A stretch of 64,000 nt of DNA from Phyllobates terribilis (Eukaryota). Where the stretch lies: the NCBI RefSeq assembly GCF_046119375.1, contig NW_027362762.1, forward strand, positions 357,616,001 through 357,680,000, written 5' to 3'. Positions 38,801 to 46,928 of the stretch are shown piece by piece. The notes beneath the pieces were generated by a model. That model worked only from the letters and a program-made list of their open reading frames with translations, was not told the DNA's origin and made no database searches. Each line of letters begins with the position of its first letter. Position 1 is the first letter of the stretch. Made by a program: the position numbers and the translations under genes.

Positions 38801-39542
38801 ACAGGGACTTGGTGCTCCTGGATGCGCAACACACATGAGTGCCTTCTTGCTGCACTACCTGCAACATGACCCTCGAATTGTGAGAATTAGAAATAATCCT
38901 GACTACTGGGTTGCCACACTGTTAGATCCCCGGTACAAAAGTAAATTTGCAGAAATTATTCCTGCCATAGAAAGGGATGCACGCATGCAGGAGTATCAGC
39001 AGAGACTGTTGCAGAATCTTACATGTGCTTTTCCACAAAATACCAGTGGTGCACGTAGTGAATCTCACAATTCCAACTTGCCAACCGTGGGACCGTCAAG
39101 TGTTCAGCACTCAAACCGTAACAGAACCACAGTATCTGCTGGTAACATCAATTTTGCGGAATCATTTCACCACTTTTTTAGCCCATCCTTTGCAAGGCCA
39201 CAGGAGACAAGAAGTCTGACACATAGTCAACGCCTAGAGACGATGGTACAGGAGTATCTCCAAGTAAACATTGAAGCCACGACTGTGTCACTGGACCCTT
39301 GCTCTTTTTGGGCTTCCAATCTGGATAAATGGCCGGAGCTAGCCACTTACGCCTTGGAGATCTTGTCATGCCCCGCAGCCAGCGTTCTGTCTGAACGTGT
39401 GTTCAGCGCTGCTGGTGGTGTGCTGACAGATAAGCGCACGCGGCTCTCCACTGATAATGTAGACAGACTCACGTTCATAAAGATGAACAAATCATGGATC
39501 CGAAACGACTTTTCTACCCCTGTGTCATCCTGGGGAGAGTAA
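35862..39542 (+). CDS. hAT-superfamily transposase, 1226 aa (BED zinc finger, DDE core, C-terminal dimerisation domain)
   Basis: Uninterrupted ORF with AWAFF..CNIC..H..KH, TTDTW, CDNAAN, CMAH, PTQWNS, ATLLDPRYK and SERVFSAAG..KRTRLS; lies between hAT TIRs. Confidence 0.95.
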   Translation: MSGKRPAAGGKGNRRVGKGKKGCVRGVGAEERPSSSQTKMSTSFSGQCDKIPFLRPRQSLQIPDEAQKQQVLQRISSAPLSGLSSTSTSTSQILQSSKVSPKSHLLPHSSQISSCPSEYEVEQMVESAKLFTHTIAWESEVDSSASVNPDEEMICTDAQNLYESDPGPDAEGSDHNVDPHSQTVTPVGGDNEEDDDKTQIPDWSDNFSFLSGQEQVGSEDDGCDNAQGDDDEVGDPTYCQPTVSQEMRSAEEVEEDASDDEVRLRLPGQRHSTGSTSTTASSNTTLPLTTSRGGSSGRMGAKPCIAWAFFQIDKDDPTRVICNICQQKLSRGQKIHSLSTSCMNRHMDMKHKLQWEAQCATMRPSRPGQSPSAISCASAASSSSVTGGTAVTPVLGRRPATSLPATASVIGRSSFSLEVVTPAGVERCPTSIAPPLDQGNLTCPPASSSQTGSLPGTPLSTPSKHNIQPSVPQMWTSKRPFPPSHEKAKRLNFTICKLLATEMLPFRLVDTEDFRDLMSVAVPQYQMPSRHYFSKKGVPALHQHVAHNITASLRNSVCDRVHFTTDTWTSRHGQGRYMSLTGHWVTMVTAGQGAAVQVLPSPRVVRQSSLCQSSSTASASSTSSRSSTCTQSLSGHATSFLAAQKGSCTPPYYAGSRAQRHQAVFTLKCLGNVSHTAEELWSALENQFHEWLSPLDLKPGKAVCDNAANLGVALRRGNVTHVPCMAHVLNLVVQQFLAHYPRLDGLLQRARSLCAHFRRSHPAAQRLTSLQKSLGLPLHRLKCDVPTQWNSTLHMLQRLWQHRQALVQYVLTYSLGQRDSEVGQITLEEWSQIRNLCTLLHSFEMATKMFSADDAIISMTIPVIYMLEHMLNRIRSQVVAQEEVEEVEEEELYAEGLTSARSRRSAAPRRQACEGGGDGFTRAHGSSQTSEEGAGAQEEVEDELMEDSSDEGDLDHISVVRGWGERTEEGSMIVTSPPTQQGLGAPGCATHMSAFLLHYLQHDPRIVRIRNNPDYWVATLLDPRYKSKFAEIIPAIERDARMQEYQQRLLQNLTCAFPQNTSGARSESHNSNLPTVGPSSVQHSNRNRTTVSAGNINFAESFHHFFSPSFARPQETRSLTHSQRLETMVQEYLQVNIEATTVSLDPCSFWASNLDKWPELATYALEILSCPAASVLSERVFSAAGGVLTDKRTRLSTDNVDRLTFIKMNKSWIRNDFSTPVSSWGE

Positions 39543-39868
39543 AAGCTTGATGATTGGTTAAAATCACCCTACCAACCGTTTTAAGCTTTCAAATTACTAA
39601 TCATGTTTATCTGTATCTTGACTGGAAAATAATTTGGGCTTTGTAGCAGTGTGCAGCACTGATCCTATTAGGCCATCTATAATAAGCTTCACCAGATTTA
39701 AAATTAAAAATAATTTTTAGCTGCATCTTGCCCGGAAAATAATTTTGGGGCTCCGAGATGCGCAAGACACATAAGTGCCTTCTTGCTGCACTACCTGCAG
39801 CATGACCCTCATATTGTCAGAATTCGAAGTAATCATGACTACTGGGTTGCCACACTCTTAGATCCCCC

Positions 39869-41241
39869 AAACTTTTCGATCAACCTTTTCATTTTAATAA
39901 AGACCAAAAAAATGGTCATTTTTGAAATTATAAGCATTAGCAGGTTGTTAGAAACTGAAATCAAACAGTTTTCAACTCAAAACTTTATTCTAGGTGATGT
40001 TACATTTTCACATAGGACCCCTTGTTCGAAAGGAGCTTCTGAACTCTCTCGTCCATTGAATTTGTCAGGTTTTGGATGGTTTCTGCTTCAATTGTTTTGC
40101 ATGAGGACAGAATACCCTCCCAGAGCTGTTGCTTAGATGTGAACTGCCTCCCGCCATCATAGACACTCCTTTTAATGATGCTCCAAAGGTTCTGAATGGG
40201 GTACAGGTCAGGGGAGCATGGGGGTCACACCATAAGTTTGTCCCCTTTTATGCCCATATCAGCCAGAGATGCAGATGTTTTATGTGCAGCATGAGATGGT
40301 GCATTATCATGCAGAAAAATGATCTTGCTGTGAAATACACGGTTCTTCTTCTTGAACCATGGCAGGAAGTGCTGTTTGAGAAAATCCACATACATTATGG
40401 AGTTCATCTTTAGCGCCTTCAGGGATCCTAAAGGGGCCGACAATCTCTCTCCCCATGATTCCAGCCCAAAACATTACTCCACCTCCTCCTTGTTGGCGCT
40501 GTAGCCGTGTTTGCGTGGGGTGTCCATCAACCAGCCATCCTCCACTCCATTCATCTGGACCATCGAGCGCTGCACGGCACTCATCCGTGAACAAAACAGT
40601 TTTGAAATCAGTCTTCATGTAATGTTTGGCCCACTGGAGCCGTTTCTGCTTGTGTGAAGTGGATAGAGGAGGTCGACAGGATGGCGTATGCACAGCTGCA
40701 AACCTCTGAAGGACCCTGCATCTTGTTGTTCGGGGGACGTTGGAGGCACAAGCAGCTTCAAAAACTTGTCTGCTGCTATGACAAGGCTTTTTTGCCGCTG
40801 CTCTTTCAACCTGACGTAATTGCCTGTAGGAAAGAGTCCTCAATTTGCCCTTATCAGCACGCACACGTGTGTACTGTGAATCAGCTACATACTTCTTGAT
40901 TGCCAAGACACTTCATCCTGATCATCGCACAATGTTGATTGTAGTCATGCCTTGACCTAAACACTCCACAATTTGTTGCTTCTCAGCAGCCGACACATCC
41001 TTTTTCTTTCCCATTTTGGCAGAAAATGTAGGCTGCTTAATAATGTGAGAGAGCCTTCTTAAGTAGTCTTGCCTTTCATTGGACACACCTGCCAAACTAA
41101 TTAGCACAGGTGTCTGCAATTGCTTACAGTGATATAAAGAGCCCTGACACACATCACCATCAATGAGTTTAACTGACAAACAAACAAATTCTTCCCTTAT
41201 CACTCCTAAACACTTTTTGCATAATAATTTGGAACGCGGTG
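39869..41241 (-). mobile_element. Defective Tc1 cargo in hAT copy 3
   Basis: Same structure as 6366..7735, including the micro-inversion at 40899..40933. Confidence 0.9.
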
Positions 41242-41763
41242 TACATGTGCTTTTCCACAAAACACCAGTGGTTCACGTAGTGAATCTTACAGTTCTAACT
41301 TGCCAACCGTGGTCTGTATGGAATTGTTCAATAAAGGGCCCAAAATTAAGATAACATAGATGGGAGAGGTCTCTATGAATAGGAATTCCTAAGTATTTGA
41401 TACCCTGTGAGGGCCAGGCAAAGGGAAAGTTGGACTGGATGGAATCCTATATGGATTTAGGGAGGGAGACATCGAGGGCCTCAGACTTCGCTGCATTGAT
41501 TTTAAAATTTTACCATGTAACAAAGTGATCTATTTCAGCCATAACAGCAGGGATGGATATATGTGATTGAGTGATATATACTAGGACATCATCAGCAAAT
41601 AGAGAGCACTTGTACTCGGTGCCTCCCACCTCAATCCACCTAATATTGGGGTTATGGCGAATTGATGAGAGCAGGTGCTCCGTCACTAGGATGTATAAGA
41701 GAGGGGACAGAGGACATCCCTGCCTTGTCCCATTGGTGATTGTGAAAGGTGATGAAAATGTTC

Positions 41764-42974
41764 TGACGCACCCCCTGGGCCTTGGGACACCCGGAGCCGG
41801 ACACTTTTTGGTGGATGCTGGTGGTTGTAGTCTTCGTGGCGGCGATCCGGTTCCGTGGCTCAGGGCGGTCAAACCAGTGGCGGAACTATTTATGTGGTTT
41901 TGATGTTTAAATGTCCGACTACGCCACCCGTGGATTGCGGTCAGAGTGAACCGCCGCTACAGGGCAGACCGCTAAGGCTGGTGTTGTGGGTGCAGCAGAG
42001 CGTAGCATAACTCCCCACGGGAGGAGTATAGCCTCAGGGCAGTGTATGCGGAGGATGGGGGTGATGGTGCAGGGCAGCAGCAGTAACGACACGGAGTCAG
42101 TGATGCAGTTCAGGGCCTTTACTCACAGTTCTTATTATCCAGACCACGTCTGCAGGTAACGGCTGCCCACGTCGTACTGTGCTCACCAGGTGAGGGGCTC
42201 AGACAACTCCCAGATAACTTTGGAGCGCTTCACAGGACCCCCTTTGTGTGTCCTTTGTCTGGCCTTTCTTACCAACACTTCTGTCCGGCTGCCTCGGGCC
42301 TCCTCTTGGTAAACTTGGCGCCAGTTTCCCTGACCCTATGTGGTGCCTTCCTAGCGGGTGGAGCAAGGGGCTGCGCCACATAAAATGTCAGAGCCTCCGG
42401 TTTCTAGCTGAGGGTCGTTTCCTGCCTCCACTAGTTCGGGGACCGGTCTCCCCCTTTGGCCTGACCCCTCCACGCAGGTGGATTCGGGCGTGCGGTGGCG
42501 ACTCGCCCGTCCACACCCCTGGGATCCCTTCATTCCTCGTTCCTGGAGCCTTCTCCGCTCCTCTTCCTTCCTTCTCCCTCTTGCAGGCCTGGGCCTCTGT
42601 TACTAGGCCCGCCTCCGGAGCAGAGCTCATGCAGAGCCCCTGCTCCCTGCCACTTCTGCTCAGACTTCTCTGCACTGAACTAAGATGGTGCCCACCTTTT
42701 ATACTCCCTTCTCAATGCACCCAGGAACTGCTTCCTCCCTGCTCCTGCACTGCAGGGTTCCCCTTCCTCAGTGTTCCCTCCCCCCACTCCAGCCAGGGAC
42801 AGGGACTGTCGTGCCCATCTCAGGGGCATATTGGTCGCCCTGCCCCACGGCAATGTGGTGTAATGCATGCAGGTGTCGGGTCCTGATCCACACTCCATCC
42901 TTATCTGAGAGTGAGATATCACACCTCTGGGTGAGGTGCAATACATCTGTAGCAACCGAGCCCTCGGTGCTACA
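41764..42974. mobile_element. Gypsy solo LTR within the L1 fragment (hAT copy 3 cargo)
   Basis: TGACGCACC...GGTGCTACA with TSD GTTC; L1 RT flanks (FADD motif in ORF 41510..41872). Confidence 0.85.
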
Positions 42975-43238
42975 GTTCCATTTATCTTCAGCCTAGGTGA
43001 CGTATTGTGATACAGGGCCGTGATTTTGGCTATAAAAGGGTCCCCTAGACCCCTACCCCAAGCTTTTTAAGAGAATCATATATGGCGTGCCAGGAGACTC
43101 TATGGAATGCTTTCTCAGCATCCAACGAGAGTATCTACTTACAAATTTTTAACTGCATCTAGCCCAGGAAATACTTTGTGCCTAGTAGCAGTGTCTGCTA
43201 GTCAGCGGATTATCCCGGCTGTTAAGCAAGCTACACCA

Positions 43239-43511
43239 CCTGTAGTTTGGACACTTAATTTTTTCAAAGGAAATGCTTCGGGACCACGGGATACTTAGTG
43301 AAGAGCATCAGGAGGCACCCCAAGGCATAGGGGCTGGGACTGGCACTAGGATGCCTTGCGGTGGACAGCCGAGCTCGATCCTTATAAAAGCTTTTTAACT
43401 GCAGCAGCTTTAGTGGACGCTACTGGAGCTGGAATTACGCGGCTGCTGGCATGAGACTTGCCCTCCAATAGATCCTTGTAAATGGATTTAAAGTGTATTC
43501 ATTCAAATTAG
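43239..43511 (-). pseudogene. 18S rRNA fragment in hAT copy 3
   Basis: CTTTTTAACTGCAGCAGCTTTAGTGGACGCTACTGGAGCTGGAATTACGCGGCTGCTGGCATGAGACTTGCCCTCCAAT is the antisense of the 18S helix-18 region. Confidence 0.88.
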
Positions 43512-44429
43512 AGGGACAATTTAAATTAAAAAGCTTAGAGCTGCCTCCACCACAGGGGGGCTCTCTCGACCCACCAGCGGACAGGCACCAGTATTGGGAG
43601 AGGGGGGCTGGCCGTCAGGGTTCACCGCGGCTCTGGCACAAACCCGGCGACACGGAGGTGGCACGGGCAGGAGCGGACTGGCCGTCTCGGCTTCTCACTT
43701 TTTGGATTTTAGAAGGGCATGACATGCCTATATCTGTGTCTCCCCCTCCTTTTACTCCTCCACCTCTTTTCTTTTCGCATGACTATATGTACTTGTCACT
43801 TTTCCATGTGTTAGTTGTGTCTTCTGAGCAGTTTGTCAGCTTTTGGACACCTTTGAAGGTGTTTTCTATGTGTTTCTATGTGTTTTTGTTTGCCTGCCAT
43901 TGTTTTTAACGGTGTTCGAAGGTGTTCGACGAACAGTTCGACGAACAGTTCGGTGAACACACGGGTGTTCGACGAACCGAACCGAACTCGAACACTACGG
44001 GGGTGGCTCAACACTACTTGCTAATTGCACTTAAACATACGGGCTGATGCAGCTTTATATGAAAATCTCAATTATAATTGCTGGACCTGAAATAACAAGC
44101 ACTTTTCACCTACTGTGTCCCCCCTATTCCCTTGAGAGCAGGGACCTCACTCTTAATGTAACTTTTTAAACTGTCTTACCTTGTATTGAATTTATTGTCT
44201 GTACATGTCACCACTTAATTGTAAAGTGCTGCGGAATATGTTGGCGCTATATAAATAAAATTATTATTAATTAACCCTTTAGCAAAGTCCTCCATTGAGC
44301 AGTAGAATATCTTAGAAGTACTGGATTACACCTCCACCCATCCTGAAACAATACCTCTTCTAAAACAATTGCATTAGAACAGATAACATTTATGTTCATC
44401 TGTGTATCACCCACAAACTGATGGAGTAT

Positions 44430-45860
44430 ACATAATGCAGTAGATGCTGCCTGCAGTCCTATGTAACACCACAGATAACAGTGATCACCCTCTGTTTACA
44501 GATAATGTAGTAGATGTTATCTGCAGTCCCATTTAACATCGCAAATAACACACTGATAAATCTCTGAGTACAGATAATGTAAATTAATCCAAAAATCGTG
44601 GGAGGGACTATTAAATGCAATACTTCGGTATAAAGCAATCCAATGTAGATAAATGAAGTATAGATGCCAATAAAACCAACATTTTATTTCAATTCATTAA
44701 AACAATAAATGTAAAATGCAATGTAAAAATGGGTAGAAGTAAATAGAAGGATCCCACAGTCAGTTGGTGGAAAATTTCACAAAGGGTATAAACAAAGGTA
44801 GTGAGCAAGTATCAGCACATGCGATGACAATATAAAGGCACAGAAGGCCTATGAAAACAGTCAGAAAGAATCTACAAAGTGTCGCATGCAATAAATAATG
44901 AAAGGCAAAACTTAGTGATAGTGGAAACTCAAAATATAGAGTCAGACAAGTGCTAAAAAGTAGGCACAATGGTATTAGTCCATAGTTGACATACAGATGG
45001 GTTGACATGCCCATGAAATACAAGATGAAAAACAATGCTGTATATGGCAATGGGCTGAAAGAATGTGTAAACCTCGGATAAGGTAACACTTCCACAAGAA
45101 CCCTAAGGAAACCGGGAGTAATGACGGAACAACATATAAATAATCTGAAGAGATGCTGAATAAAAATACAGACTGGTATCAATCAGTTCAGCATAAAACA
45201 GTACATAAGAGGTCATAACAACACAAGTATGAAGGGAGTGGAGGCGGGAGGTAATACAACCTGGTTACTGTGAGGACTAGGACAACCCCTATGCACGTTT
45301 CGCGTTCCGCTTCTTCTTTTGAGTCTCCACTATCACTAAATTTTGCCTTTCATTATTTACTGCATGCGACACTTTATAGATTCTTTCTGACCGTTTTCAT
45401 ATGCCTTCTGTGTCTTTATATTATCATTGCATGTGCTGATACTTGCTCACTACCTTTGTTTATACCCTTTGTGAAATTTTCAACCAACTGACTGTGCGAT
45501 CCTTCTATTTACTTCTCCCCATTTTTACATTGCTTTTTACATTTATTGGTACAGATAATGTAGTAGATGTTACTTGCAGTCATATGTAACATCACAGATA
45601 AAACAGTGATAACTCTTGAGTACAGATAATGTAGTAAAAGTTATCTGCAGTCCCATGCAACACCGCAGATAACACAATGATAAATCTCTGAGTTGAGCTA
45701 ATGTAGTAGATATTACAAGCAGTTTTATGTAACACCACAGATAAGTCATAACTCTGAGTCCAGATAATGTAGTAGATGTTACTTGCAGTCCTATGTTATA
45801 CCACAGAAATTATAGTGATAATTTTGAGTACAGTTAACATAGATGTTACCTGCAGTCATT
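44430..45860 (+). repeat. ~70-bp minisatellite (CAGATAATGTAGTAGATGTTACCTGCAGTC...) interrupted at 44581..45549
   Basis: Unit recurs at ~44500, ~44570, 45551, 45622, ~45694 and 45761. Confidence 0.8.
44581..45549. mobile_element. Penelope-like pseudo-LTR remnant with a 230-bp inverted duplication
   Basis: Arms 44704..44934 and 45317..45547 are reverse complements. The minus strand at 45293..45316 reads GAAGAAGCGGAACGCGAAACGTGC, a hammerhead-core-like motif typical of Penelope pLTRs. Confidence 0.55.
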
Positions 45861-46322
45861 CATACCACAATAGTTTCCTGCTTAGTGGGGGCATGCATAG
45901 CAGACAGGAATAAAAGACACACTGCAGAATCTGCAACAAGACTTTTTATTATAGCTAGCAACATCCTGTACAGGAGCGAAGCACACTGGCAGTAGCATCA
46001 CATGTCAGCACAGCTGCTGATTGGCTGATTGTGCAGTGACATGTGGGACAGAAGGCCAGGCAGCTTTGCAGTACTGGTGCAGTAATGCTTGAGTACAGAT
46101 TCAGAACAATACACTTATGATCCAAGTGCCTGGTACACACCTTACATGAATATAATCGAGCACTTCACATTAATGCAAAACAGAAATGCTGGCATCATGA
46201 CAATAGTTGAGAAGGTTTAAAGCTGGGATTACATTGGGGTCTTATGATGGTCTTATGATGAGGTTTATTACAGGACCACCAAGCTATATGTTTTTGCTGG
46301 TCGGCAGTCGTTTATTAGCTAG

Positions 46323-46906
46323 TGTGAGGCAGTGACCGGGATCGTATACGAGGGACGTTATATATCCCCCAGAATGTGTACAGAGACCTATTAAATCCAT
46401 TGGAGTGCATTGCAGTCACAAACTCACCTGCGGCTGCAAAGCAGGAATGAAGGTGAGCATTGACCTGGCCAGGCGATCTGGCTAAGGCAGATTAAGCAAA
46501 ACCCGGCAGGGCCTTCATTTCTTGGGGGAGACTACAGGAAGGCAGTGGGGCGGCCTCCTCCATCCAACCTGTGTTTTCCAGTGGCTCTTGCCACAGGTCC
46601 TTTAAAAACCCTGCACTAAGGATTAGTGTTGTTCTATGTTGGAACCTGCTAGGAGCATAGCAGGAAAGCTCAGCAGGATTGAGTGTGGCTGAACCCATGC
46701 CTTGGAAGGCTCTGCACCTGTCAGGCTCTGAGCTTCCCGGCGCGGCCGTTGCCCATGGCAACCGTTGTTTATGGACTCATGTTAACCTGGCTGCGAACCG
46801 GAGGACTTTTCTGTTTACCCGTGAGTTGCTGAATAAAACTGTTTATGTTGGACTTGCTTGGGTCACTGCCTCAGTTACTGCATGGTGTGAACACCGCCGC
46901 CTTACA
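46323..46906 (+). mobile_element. 5' LTR of the Gmr1-type element
   Basis: TGTGAGGCAGTGACC...GGTCACTGCCTC...CCTTACA with AATAAA; followed directly by a PBS. Confidence 0.85.
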
Positions 46907-46909
46907 GCT

Positions 46910-46928
46910 TGGTGGAGAATACGGGCAT
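46910..46928 (+). promoter_or_regulatory. Primer binding site complementary to tRNA-Ala(AGC)
   Basis: TGGTGGAGAATACGGGCAT versus the reverse complement of the vertebrate tRNA-Ala(AGC) 3' end, TGGTGGAGAATGCGGGCAT (one mismatch; tRNA sequence recalled). Confidence 0.75.

Larger units (their letters stand above)
34544..44016 (+). mobile_element. Composite hAT transposon, copy 3 (complete, open transposase ORF)
   Basis: TIRs TAGAGATGAGCG / GGCTCAACACTA; perfect 8-bp TSD CTTGCTAA at 34536..34543 and 44017..44024; GTTCG/CGAAC subterminal repeats at both ends. Confidence 0.97.

Noticed and set aside
35862-39542. Domesticated ZBED-type host gene
   Set aside because: Flanked by TIRs and a TSD, multicopy, and siblings are freely pseudogenised; no gene symbol assigned.
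20198-44016. Three copies as an assembly artefact or segmental duplication
   Set aside because: Homology stops at the TIRs, TSDs differ, flanks are unrelated, and each copy has private indels and substitutions.
44760-45182. 140-aa hydrophobic ORF resembling a membrane protein
   Set aside because: By-product of a T-rich strand within the inverted repeat; no coherent domain.
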